Assembly: GCA_020354435.1 (NCBI GenBank)
Contig: CP070646.1
Coordinates: forward strand, 3,030,275-3,092,568
Length of the DNA: 62,294 nt
From: Gammaproteobacteria bacterium
GTDB taxonomy: Bacteria > Pseudomonadota > Gammaproteobacteria > GCA-001735895
Direction: 5' to 3'
The translations under genes were made by a program, and so were the position numbers. The notes under the pieces were generated by a model. It worked only from the letters and a program-made list of their open reading frames with translations. It did no database searches and had not been told where the DNA came from. Every line of letters begins with the position of its first letter. Within the stretch, counting starts at the first letter, position 1. This document shows positions 10,105-19,144 of this stretch, in pieces.

Positions 10105-10935
10105 TCACGAGGATGCGCTCTGGCACTTCGGGCAGAAATACATCTTGCGCCCGCCGGCATTCGAACATTCGATGATTTGTCCACAGTAATAACAGGGTTC
10201 GCCGGCGCGGCCGTAAGTGTTAAAGCGATATTGCTCTCGCCGGTTTATGCCCTGCGTTCGCAGTCGCTTCACCAACGAAGGCGGATTGACGATGCCGCGG
10301 GTGCGGTAGGAGCGTTGCGTGAGTCGAATAATGCAGCGGGCGAGCTTGCGCAACTGTGCGGTGTTGCAATCGCTCGGCCTGTGCAGGGGATGCAACCCGG
10401 CTACAGTCAGTACTTCGGCGCGCAGATAATTGCCGAGGCCGGCGAGAAAACCCTGGTCCAGCAATAGCCCGGCCAGCTGGCGATTGCGGAACCTGTCCAT
10501 TTGCAGTCGCTCGACGATAGCGTCGACACCGGGTTTATCGGCGAGAACATCCGGGCCCATACGGGCGAGAAACGGATGGTCTCTCAGTTCACTCGATCGC
10601 AGGACGTCGATTTCTGAGGCGCTGTAGAGCAAGGCGCTGAAATCCCGGTTGTGAATCGCCAACCTGAGTTGTCGCCGGGTATCGGGCAATTCGCCTGCAT
10701 TGCTGATAAACCAGCGACCGTAAAGCTGATTGTGACTGTAAATGACCCAGTCATTGTCGAAGCAGGTCAACATTGCCTTGCCGTGAGTTTTGACTTCGGT
10801 TACTCGTTGCCCGGTCAGCAGGTCCTGGAATTTTCGCAGCTGCGCAAACGCGAAGTCGATTTTGATCACCTTGCGCCCGACCAAAGCGTTGGCGACTTCG
10901 TCAGCGGCTAAACGAATTTCAGGTCCTTCAGGCAT
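10105..10935 (-). CDS. nei: Endonuclease VIII (Fpg/Nei DNA glycosylase)
   Basis: N-terminal PEGPEI, H2TH GLGNYLRAE, C-terminal C4 zinc finger. Confidence 0.93.
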   Translation of the reverse strand: MPEGPEIRLAADEVANALVGRKVIKIDFAFAQLRKFQDLLTGQRVTEVKTHGKAMLTCFDNDWVIYSHNQLYGRWFISNAGELPDTRRQLRLAIHNRDFSALLYSASEIDVLRSSELRDHPFLARMGPDVLADKPGVDAIVERLQMDRFRNRQLAGLLLDQGFLAGLGNYLRAEVLTVAGLHPLHRPSDCNTAQLRKLARCIIRLTQRSYRTRGIVNPPSLVKRLRTQGINRREQYRFNTYGRAGEPCYYCGQIIECSNAGGRKMYFCPKCQSASS

Positions 10936-11145
10936 ACCCGGCGTACCAAATTAAGTTGCCCGCATATTAAGGCAAGCCTGTGGGAATAATGCAAACCCGC
11001 CTCAAACGAAGCTGAGATTGGACATAAAGATCTCCCCGGGCGGAGGTATTTTTATCGCATGGCGGCGATAAATCCCGGCAACCAGATTGCAAGGATGCAT
11101 GTGATATGGGATTGTCACGGATGTACCGGGCACGGGGGAACGAAG

Positions 11146-11490
11146 ATGAATATAAAAATTCTGGTTTTGACGGTGATGCTGGGAATCCTGGGGCGTGCAT
11201 ATGCTGCTGGAGGTTTCTATTCAGCCAGCGACATCTTGTCGGACTGCGAAAGTGAATCAGTGGAAAAGCAAAATTATTGCATGATGTATCTTGCCGGGAT
11301 TGCCGATACCACGAACGCCTGGGTCGCGTGGGGTGATTTATCAAGGCGGTATTGCGTCCCCTCCGGGGTTGATACGGGGCAATTGCGAAAAATCTATAAC
11401 CAGTACGCGAATAAACGCGGTGACAGACTGGGTGACAGTGCCAGCAGTATGGCTCTTGATGCATTTATCGAAAAATTTCCCTGTGAATAA
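11146..11490 (+). CDS. Rap1a/Tai4-like secreted immunity-family protein
   Basis: Signal peptide, then DILSDC..C.MYLAGIAD...YCVPSGV...QLRKI...DAFIEKFPC, the 4-Cys Rap1a pattern; start re-assigned to ATG 11146. Confidence 0.75.
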   Translation: MNIKILVLTVMLGILGRAYAAGGFYSASDILSDCESESVEKQNYCMMYLAGIADTTNAWVAWGDLSRRYCVPSGVDTGQLRKIYNQYANKRGDRLGDSASSMALDAFIEKFPCE

Positions 11491-11580
11491 AGAGAGCCAG
11501 GTCTCCTGTTCCGACTCGAGACCTTCACTCTCGGAAGCAGATCCTCAAAAAGCTCCTGTGTGGGGCAAACTTCGGCCAGT

Positions 11581-11784
11581 TTCGATGTTAAATCTTTGTC
11601 CTCCCTCTCGCGCTGGATCGAGGAAAACCACGAATAGCATAAGATCCACGCTGTTCTGATCGAGCACGCCGGTCATCTCGTCTATGAGGCTTATCTGAAA
11701 GGAAAAGACAATGGTTGGGGGAAATCTTTGGGTGACAGGGTTTTCAGCATCGATTCACTCCACGATTTGCGATCAGTCTCGAAT
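11581..11784 (+). pseudogene. Serine hydrolase (beta-lactamase class C-like) N-terminal fragment
   Basis: Frame reads ...*HKIHAVLIEHAGHLVYEAYLKGKDNGWGKSLGDRVFSIDSLHDLRSVSN; in-frame TAG at 11635; homology appears to stop at the SxxK position. Confidence 0.7.
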
Positions 11785-11839
11785 GGTGCAAACAGCGTAT
11801 CGCCGAAGTCCGTAAAGGGTCGTTCTACCACCGTCACCG

Positions 11840-12583
11840 CTAATCGAGTCTGGGAAGGATTTTTCGGATCTCCTCCGGCGTGTGTTCGCCCGCCAGCGGG
11901 GTTCCGGGCATCAGGTACTTCCCCATAACGAGCCCGCCGACCAGGACAGGCTCATAGCCGATATCACGGATCAGGCGTGAAGCGACTTCGACGGCTTGCG
12001 CATCGTTGCTCGCGATCGGCATGCCGATGCGTCCAGGATCCTGGTGTGCAGCAGCCATCCGCGCGGCGCCGATGGCATTGAAGGCGCGAACGATGCGGGC
12101 GCCCGGGAGCAATTCGGCCGAGGCGAGACCGGCGCCTTTTTCCCGAGCCCAGCTCGCGATGTCTCCGTCACGCCAGACAAACGGATTGCAGGTATCGATC
12201 ACAATCTTGCCATTGATCAGCGTTGCCAGTTTCTCGCCAACTTCGGGCAGTGCGCCGTACGGAACCGAGATCATTAACACTTCACCAAAGGCCGCGGCTT
12301 CCTGCGGCGTCCCGGCATGCGCGTTGGGCCCGAGCCTGGCGGCAAGTGCTTTATCGTTCTCGATATGGCGCGATGAAAACATGACTTCGTACCCGGCTTT
12401 TACCCACACGCTGCCGATCCCGCCACCGACTCTGCCCGAACCAACGATGCCAATCTTTGTTTTGCCGGCGTTTGCAGTGCCCACCGTCAGCGGCAGTCCA
12501 TCGAGCATCAGTGCCGTGGTGGCGGCACAGGCAACCCGTAAAAAGCGGCGACGGCTTTGTCTGTTGGCGGTTTTCATTTTCAT
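11840..12583 (-). CDS. Tat-signal NADP-dependent oxidoreductase (F420-dependent NADP reductase-like family)
   Basis: SRRRFL twin-arginine motif with ANA cleavage site, Rossmann GIVGSGRVG, IDTCNP, VRAFN; GGAG RBS before ATG 12583. Confidence 0.85.
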   Translation of the reverse strand: MKMKTANRQSRRRFLRVACAATTALMLDGLPLTVGTANAGKTKIGIVGSGRVGGGIGSVWVKAGYEVMFSSRHIENDKALAARLGPNAHAGTPQEAAAFGEVLMISVPYGALPEVGEKLATLINGKIVIDTCNPFVWRDGDIASWAREKGAGLASAELLPGARIVRAFNAIGAARMAAAHQDPGRIGMPIASNDAQAVEVASRLIRDIGYEPVLVGGLVMGKYLMPGTPLAGEHTPEEIRKILPRLD

Positions 12584-12783
12584 GGCGGATCTCCGTAGGA
12601 TGCGGATCTCGGATGGTCGGCAATCGTTAAAACAGGGCAGCAATTATAAAAACGATATTTCCGAATAACCAGCAAGTAAGGTTCGAGTGACAGTTAGGGG
12701 TTGTGATTCCAATCGGTCGATACAGCATCACCGCTGAATCACCATCCGGAAAGGCACCAACGACTCGAGTACGGCGCCGGATC

Positions 12784-12852
12784 TCGCGCGTGGAAGCCGC
12801 GGTGATGTATATCGAGCATAACCACCGCGTCGCGGATAACGTCGAGGAGTAA
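12784..12852 (+). pseudogene. Short coding remnant, copy A (SRVEAAVMYIEHNHRVADNVEE*)
   Basis: 50/69 nt and 14/22 aa identical to 19047-19115, with differences biased to third codon positions. Confidence 0.55.
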
Positions 12853-12969
12853 TCCCTTCTTCCCCGGCAAAATTTCCGGGGCCGTTATTCAGCCACCCCG
12901 GATCCGGGCGCGAATCATGCAAGTACGGGTGTGTCTCCGTAAAAATGCCTGGATTCAGACACAGGTCGA

Positions 12970-13740
12970 TCACCCTATGTATCGATTACTCAGGCGTCCG
13001 ACGCCTTCGATATTAACTTCGATCAATTGGCCGGGTTGCATGCTGTCGGCGCCAACCGACGTGCCGCATGCGATAAGGTCGCCGGGCAGCAGTTCGACTT
13101 CGCTGGAGATCATGCTGGTGATTTCGCGCGGTGAATAAATCATGTCATTTACCGGATAATCCTGCTTTTTTTCACCATCCAGAATAGCTTCTACCCGCAG
13201 GCCGTCGGGCTCGATATCCGTTGCTATCCAGGGCCCGATGGGACCGAAGCCGGGCAGGCTTTTGGATCGACACCACTGGTGAAATTCATCGTTTTCCTTG
13301 AGTTCTTTTGGCGCAGTGACGTCGTTTACACAGGTGTAGCCGAAAATATAATCGTCTATATCCTGTTCCGCGACCTGAAAACAGGGCTTTCCAATAACGA
13401 TTCCGATTTCGGCTTCAAACTTGACCGGGCTGGTAAAACCGCTCGGACGACAGATTTCATGCCCGTGCGCTGCTACGCTGCAGGCCAGCTTGGTGAAGTA
13501 AAGCGGGAAACCGGGGTGCCTGGTCCCTTCGAATTGCATTCGTTCGTGGAAATTGTTCCACAAGGCCAGGAATTGCCGCGGTTCTACCGGGGGCAACCAG
13601 TCTACCTGTTCGGCCGAGACAGTCGTTCCCGTTGCGGATTTGTTGCCCAGCATACTGCCCTGGTAGAGTTCGATCTGCCCGCCCTGATCGAGGCCCAGGT
13701 ATTCCTGGTTTTGATATTTGATAAGACACCAACGTTGCAC
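12970..13740 (-). CDS. Fumarylacetoacetate hydrolase family protein
   Basis: FEAEIGIVIGK, GYTCVNDVTA, PIGPWI and PGDLIACGT motifs; AAGGAG RBS before GTG 13740. Confidence 0.9.
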   Translation of the reverse strand: MQRWCLIKYQNQEYLGLDQGGQIELYQGSMLGNKSATGTTVSAEQVDWLPPVEPRQFLALWNNFHERMQFEGTRHPGFPLYFTKLACSVAAHGHEICRPSGFTSPVKFEAEIGIVIGKPCFQVAEQDIDDYIFGYTCVNDVTAPKELKENDEFHQWCRSKSLPGFGPIGPWIATDIEPDGLRVEAILDGEKKQDYPVNDMIYSPREITSMISSEVELLPGDLIACGTSVGADSMQPGQLIEVNIEGVGRLSNRYIG

Positions 13741-14079
13741 GTCGCACTCCTTAGCAATCAATTCTCGAGGGTCATCCATCATAAGTAGGCTCTGCGAAAA
13801 AGTCCACGTGAAGTGGTTTCGGCAATACGAAATCATGGATTCTCGCCCGCGACAGAATCAGCCTCGAGGCACGCATCGGAACGCGGTTTACTCCACTTCG
13901 CCAAAGGTCCAGTCCCTGCCTGCAATCGAGAATTGCCGCGATTTCGAGCAAGGCACCCGCTTATCAATGGCAGAGCAAAACGCATTCTAACCCGGAAGAA
14001 ATCGGAAAATAGTTCCTAATCGTCATTTCTTTGGGCACAATGTCGTCTGCCACCATACCAAAAAGAAGGGACCCTGCGT

Positions 14080-14811
14080 TTGTTCGATAGCCACCTGATC
14101 GAGCTGGTAATTAAGGCCACTCCAATAATTCTGATCGCTTATCTCGTTCGCGGCATTTGTGGGTTTGGCTCGGGCCTGATTGCCATCCCGGTTCTCAGCC
14201 TGATGCTGCCGTTGAAAGTTGCCGTACCCCTGGTGGTGATACTCGATTACCTTGCCTCCGCCGGACAAGGTGCGAGCCTGAGACAGAGTATTCAGTGGGG
14301 TGAAATCCGTCGCCTGATCATTCCCGCACTGTTTGGAGTGTGTGCCGGACTGCTGATATTCCATAGGGCCGACGCCGATTTGCTCGCCCGCCTGCTGGGC
14401 GGTTTTGTCTTATTGTATGCATTATATGCCTTGTGGGGGCCAGCGATGCCCAGGGCATCGAGTTGGTGGGCCATTCCCGCGGCCATTAGCGGCGGCACTA
14501 TCGGGACGCTGTTTGGTACCGGTGGTCCATTCTACGTCACATATCTGAAAGCCAGGCAGCTCGATGCAAACGCCTTCCGGGCAACTTTCGCCTGCATGTT
14601 TCTGCTCGACGGCGCCGCGCGGGTAACCGGCTACCTGGGCACCTCGGTTATCGACATAAAGCTGTTGGCGTTACTGGCCATGTCGCTTCCGGTGATGATA
14701 CTGGGCATGTATCTCGGCGGGAAGATTCACACCGGCCTGTCTGCCCAGGTCTTCACCCGGAGCATCAGCGTTTTGCTCATGGTCAGCGGCATATCCCTGA
14801 TGGTGCGCTAA
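14080..14811 (+). CDS. TSUP (TauE/SafE) family exporter
   Basis: GICGFGSGLIAIP and GTLFGTGGP internal repeat motifs; about 7-8 TM segments. Confidence 0.88.
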   Translation: MFDSHLIELVIKATPIILIAYLVRGICGFGSGLIAIPVLSLMLPLKVAVPLVVILDYLASAGQGASLRQSIQWGEIRRLIIPALFGVCAGLLIFHRADADLLARLLGGFVLLYALYALWGPAMPRASSWWAIPAAISGGTIGTLFGTGGPFYVTYLKARQLDANAFRATFACMFLLDGAARVTGYLGTSVIDIKLLALLAMSLPVMILGMYLGGKIHTGLSAQVFTRSISVLLMVSGISLMVR

Positions 14812-14830
14812 ATAAGTTCGGCCCGGTCAA

Positions 14831-15103
14831 TCACTTTCCGGGTTTCCCCTGGTAATCTTCCGGTTCTGTGCGCCAATCGACACCCAGGCGGGAAAGCGCG
14901 AAAACGGGCAAACCTATCGCCACTATCAGCAAGATCGCATCGATAAATCCGATATCCGTCAATACCGTGTCCAGCGGATAGCGTTGCAACATATCGAAAA
15001 CCAGCAGAATCAACGGCGTGCAAGCCGCTATCACAATAAATACATGCAGAAAAACCCTGTACATTTTCGATCTCGTGGTCCGTGGCCAGGTCAACGGTTC
15101 CAT
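14831..15103 (-). CDS. Small hypothetical membrane protein (2 TM); alternative start 15064
   Basis: Two hydrophobic stretches; ATG directly follows the stop of the GGDEF/EAL gene. Confidence 0.55.
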   Translation of the reverse strand: MEPLTWPRTTRSKMYRVFLHVFIVIAACTPLILLVFDMLQRYPLDTVLTDIGFIDAILLIVAIGLPVFALSRLGVDWRTEPEDYQGKPGK

Positions 15104-17872
15104 CTAATCGCTTACCGCCGTTGAAAGGGCCGGTAATTCCGCACGACCCTCTGTCCCGGGCGGACCCTCTTTTTCCGTTGCCGCGGCAAGCGGCAAAAGC
15201 TCCGACACCATGATCGGCTTCGAGATATGAAACCCCTGGACGAAATCGATTCCTATCGAATCCAGCGAATCCAGCGTTGCCGCGTCTTCGACCCATTCGG
15301 CGATGGTTTGCAGTTTCAGCACCTTGGCGACATCGTGGATGGTACGCACCATCGCAAGATCCACCGGGTCGTCCACCATATCGCGCACGAAAAGCCCGTC
15401 GATCTTGAGGAAGTCCAGCGGCAATCGCTTGAGATAACTGAAAGAACTCAAACCGCTGCCGAAATCATCGAGTGCGAAGCGGCAACCCAGCTCTCTGAGA
15501 CTATTGATAAAATCGATCGCAGTGGAAAAATTGGCGATTGCCACGGTCTCGGTCACTTCGAAACATATGGTTTTCGGATTAACCTCGTAGCGGCGCAGCT
15601 TACCAATGATGAAATCAGCCAGCGTAGGGTCGCAAACCGATTGCCCGGACAGGTTGATCGTGAACATCTGATTTTCGGGATATTTCAATTCGGCTTTCAA
15701 TTTGGGGACAACGGCCAGCGTATTTTCGATAACCCAGAGGTCGAGATCGCTCATCAGGTCGTAGCGTTCGGCGGAAGGAATAAATAACGACGGGGAAATG
15801 TAGCTGCCGTCATCCTGCGGCCAGCGCAGCAGGAACTCGTAGATGATCCGCGGATTGCTGCCGTCTTTCAGGGATTCCACCGGCTGTAACGCCAGTTCAA
15901 ACTCGTTACTCTTGATCGCCTCCCTGATACGCGGCAACCACTGCATCTGGCGGAATTTCGCGGCGATCTCGGCATCGTCGGCGTGGTAGAAATGCACCAC
16001 ATCGCGTCCGGCATCCTTGGCGGCGTAGCAGGCCAGGTCGGCCGCACTCATAAGTTCGGACAGGCTGCCGCTCATGCGGTTGATCATGACCAGGCCGATG
16101 CTGCCACTTACATCGAAGATCTTGTCTTTCCATCTGAAGCGCATTTCGTGCAGCGCCTCGCGCGTCCTTTCGGCCATTTTCTTCGCATGATCCTGGTCGC
16201 AATCATGCAGCAGTATGCCGAACTCGTCGCCGCCCAGGCGGGCCACGACATCTTCCTTGCGGATCTGCGCTTGCAGGACGCCTGCCAGCCGCTTCAACAG
16301 TTCGTCACCGGCCCCGTGACCGCAGGTATCATTGACCAGTTTGAACTGATCGAGGTCTATATAAAACAGCGCGTTTTGCCTGTTTTGCTGGCGGCTCAGC
16401 TCGAGCGATTCCTTGACCCGGTTTTCGAACTCGCTTCGATTCATCAACCCGGTCAGCGAATCGTGACTGGCCTGGTACACCAGTTGATTGGTCAGTTCCT
16501 GCTCGAGACTGACATCGCGCAGCACCAGCATCGAGCCGATCAATTCGCCTTGCGAATCCAGCAACGGCGAAGCGTTGCCATCGACGGACAGGCGGCTGGT
16601 GCCGACCTTGAGCACGATATCGATCCCGGTTTGACGCAGGTTGGTTTGGGTCATGTCGATATAAAAACCGATGGGATCGGGTATTTCCTCGCCCATTGGC
16701 TGGAACTCGAGCCTGACCAGTTCCGTTATGTGGCGGCCATGGACATCTTGCAGGCGGCAACCGAGCATATGTTCCGCAACCGGATTCATGTAAATGATAT
16801 CTTGATCGATATCGGTCGTGATCACGGCGTCGCCGATCGAACGTAATGCAACCTCGGCGCGTTCGCGTTCCCTGTAGAGCTGCGATTGCGCCCGGTTCTT
16901 GTCTCGTTGCAGCAGGTAACGGCTGCGCAGCTCGAGTATGGTAACCGTATACACGATCACGCTCAGCAAACCGGCCAGTAAAACCCACCAAAACGTGTCC
17001 TGTGTCGGCTCTGACAGATACCGGGCTTTGACCGTGAGCAGGATATTACCCGCTTCGATACTGGTCTCGTTCTCGTTGGTAAACTTCCGTTCCTGATGCG
17101 CAAAAAGCTCACCGCCTTCGGTTATCAGGCTGAAGTCCACCGCGAGCGGGTTTTTACCCTCGTGGTGCGAAAAACCGGTTAACAGGTCCCAGTCGAGAAC
17201 GATGGCGAACATGCCGCTGACCTGTTCGAATCGGTCCGCGGCGTCGCTCTGTACCGAACGGCCGAAGTAAGTCGGTTTCAGCAAAATCAGGTGGCGGGAT
17301 TTCTCCAGTAGGCGGGGTGCGGAAATCAGCTGGCTCATGTTTTCACTCGCCGCTCTGAGGAAAGCCTGTTCTACCTTGCCGCTTGCCAGCCAGTCCATGC
17401 CCATCTGGTTCGCCGACGACGGTGTCAGCGGCTCGAGGAAACTGGTGACCAGGTAGTAGTCGGAATCCATTAACCCGGCATTTTCGACTCCGCTACGCTT
17501 TATCGAAAACTGGCTGAAACCGGCTTCGTGCATTTCGTCGATGAGTTGCTGTTTCTCGCCGCGGGTGATATAGGTCTGATATTGCAGCGAGTCTATGAAT
17601 CGGTAATCCTGCAGAATTTCCTCGCTGAATGGCGTGAACAAGGCCGCGTCCATCTCGTCGCTGGCCTGGTAAAGACCCACCAGGGCATCCAGCGAAGCCT
17701 GGGCGATTACCAGGCGCTGGCCTATTGCCTGCAGAGTCCTGTCGATTTGCGTCTCGTAGCGAGCGCTCTGCTGGCTGGATTTCAGGCTGAAAACCGACCA
17801 GCAAACCAGCGCAGTGATTACCGCGCCCGACAACAGGAATACCAGTCGGAACCTGTCCTCCGAAATAGTCAA
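15104..17872 (-). CDS. Membrane CHASE-PAS-GGDEF-EAL c-di-GMP signalling protein
   Basis: TM-CHASE-like-TM; PAS (ITTD..YMNPVAE); RKED I-site then GGDEF; EAL domain (EFLLRW, INLS, EVTE, DDFGSG, KID, AEWVE, QGF). TTG start 9 nt after GGAG. Confidence 0.92.
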   Translation of the reverse strand: MTISEDRFRLVFLLSGAVITALVCWSVFSLKSSQQSARYETQIDRTLQAIGQRLVIAQASLDALVGLYQASDEMDAALFTPFSEEILQDYRFIDSLQYQTYITRGEKQQLIDEMHEAGFSQFSIKRSGVENAGLMDSDYYLVTSFLEPLTPSSANQMGMDWLASGKVEQAFLRAASENMSQLISAPRLLEKSRHLILLKPTYFGRSVQSDAADRFEQVSGMFAIVLDWDLLTGFSHHEGKNPLAVDFSLITEGGELFAHQERKFTNENETSIEAGNILLTVKARYLSEPTQDTFWWVLLAGLLSVIVYTVTILELRSRYLLQRDKNRAQSQLYRERERAEVALRSIGDAVITTDIDQDIIYMNPVAEHMLGCRLQDVHGRHITELVRLEFQPMGEEIPDPIGFYIDMTQTNLRQTGIDIVLKVGTSRLSVDGNASPLLDSQGELIGSMLVLRDVSLEQELTNQLVYQASHDSLTGLMNRSEFENRVKESLELSRQQNRQNALFYIDLDQFKLVNDTCGHGAGDELLKRLAGVLQAQIRKEDVVARLGGDEFGILLHDCDQDHAKKMAERTREALHEMRFRWKDKIFDVSGSIGLVMINRMSGSLSELMSAADLACYAAKDAGRDVVHFYHADDAEIAAKFRQMQWLPRIREAIKSNEFELALQPVESLKDGSNPRIIYEFLLRWPQDDGSYISPSLFIPSAERYDLMSDLDLWVIENTLAVVPKLKAELKYPENQMFTINLSGQSVCDPTLADFIIGKLRRYEVNPKTICFEVTETVAIANFSTAIDFINSLRELGCRFALDDFGSGLSSFSYLKRLPLDFLKIDGLFVRDMVDDPVDLAMVRTIHDVAKVLKLQTIAEWVEDAATLDSLDSIGIDFVQGFHISKPIMVSELLPLAAATEKEGPPGTEGRAELPALSTAVSD

Positions 17873-17894
17873 TTCTTGTAACTCCGGGTTCCGC

Positions 17895-18869
17895 TCAGTT
17901 AACCTTTTTTGCCTTGCGCACAAACTTGCGCGGTAGTGTTATCCGGGTCGATTCCAGGTGGGACGTGTTAATCCATAAATCCCAGTCCCGGTTGGCGACG
18001 ATGGGGATCTCACCCGGCGATTTGCCATTCAGGATTTCGATCGCGGTCTGCGCTGCCCATTCGCCGTGTTCCTGTGGAATCTTGGTAAAGCCGATAGTGC
18101 TGAAGGGCATCATCCAGTCATGGTTGGTGACGACCAGTTTCTTTGCGTGTTCTAGCGCAAACGCGGCCATCTCGGTTTTGTCCCAGTCGCTAATGCCCGA
18201 ATAACTGCCCATGACGATAAAACCCGCATTCTCCTGTGCTGCCTTGTAGCTGGCCTTCCATTCGCTGGCGTTCGGCACCAGAATACCTTCGAGCTCGATA
18301 CCGAGTTTTTGCGAGGCCTGGGCGACACGGTCGAGGTTCTTCTTTTCGGTCAGGGTGTCGGCGCCGAGATAAATCGCCTTTTTCGACCCGCCGGAGTACT
18401 TGATCGCATGGGTCAGCATCGCCTCGAGAGGCGCCACCTCGATAATGCCGGTCACATTGCTGTAGGGAAACCCATACTCTTTCACGGTCCAGTTGACGCC
18501 ACTGAAGACGAAAGGTATGTCGGCATCCCGGTAGTACTGCTCGACCACGTACTTGGCCGCGTTGTCGTCCGATACGATGACCACGTCTGGCTGCCAGGAT
18601 TCGATTTCCTGCTTGACCTTGACTGCCGCAGCCTGCTTGAACTCCACGCTCTTGTTGCGCTTGGTATCCATATCGATCTGGCGGATTTCGCAGTGACCGG
18701 TGAGCACATCGCGCAACCCCTGTTCCAGGGCGTCTGACCAGGCATAACCCCGGTGATAAGAAGATACGTAAAGGCATTTACTGGCGCCGGAACTGGCCGC
18801 AAAAGGAACAAAAAGACCCGATAAAAACAGGCTCGCGGCAGAAACCGCAATTAAGTGCTTGTATTTCAT
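17895..18869 (-). CDS. Stand-alone ABC-type substrate-binding (ABC_sub_bind-like) periplasmic protein
   Basis: Signal peptide; SSYHRGYAWSD...DMDTKR, VFSGVN, VTGIIE and GEWAAQTAIEILNGKSPGEIPI motifs; no permease or ATPase nearby. Confidence 0.8.
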   Translation of the reverse strand: MKYKHLIAVSAASLFLSGLFVPFAASSGASKCLYVSSYHRGYAWSDALEQGLRDVLTGHCEIRQIDMDTKRNKSVEFKQAAAVKVKQEIESWQPDVVIVSDDNAAKYVVEQYYRDADIPFVFSGVNWTVKEYGFPYSNVTGIIEVAPLEAMLTHAIKYSGGSKKAIYLGADTLTEKKNLDRVAQASQKLGIELEGILVPNASEWKASYKAAQENAGFIVMGSYSGISDWDKTEMAAFALEHAKKLVVTNHDWMMPFSTIGFTKIPQEHGEWAAQTAIEILNGKSPGEIPIVANRDWDLWINTSHLESTRITLPRKFVRKAKKVN

Positions 18870-19019
18870 GATGGCTTTCTATAAATGGTCGTAGACTCTG
18901 GAGTATAGGAGGAATTCTCGATTTAGTGAGATAGTTCGCGTATTTTCATCCTATGCCAATCAACGGCATACGCGAGCGGGAGCCTGAAGGAGCCTGGCCC
19001 GCCGCCCGGACCCGGCGTC

Positions 19020-19115
19020 ATGTTGAATCCCAGTGCCAATGAGCATTCGCGCGTGGAAGCGGCGATGAGGTATATCGCGTACAATCACCTGGTTACCGAC
19101 CAAGTCGAAAAATAG
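19020..19115 (+). pseudogene. Short ORF / coding remnant, copy B (MLNPSANEHSRVEAAMRYIAYNHLVTDQVEK*)
   Basis: Homologous to 12784-12852; no clear RBS. Confidence 0.5.
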
Positions 19116-19144
19116 ACCCGGGACTGTCATCCTTCGACTCACTG

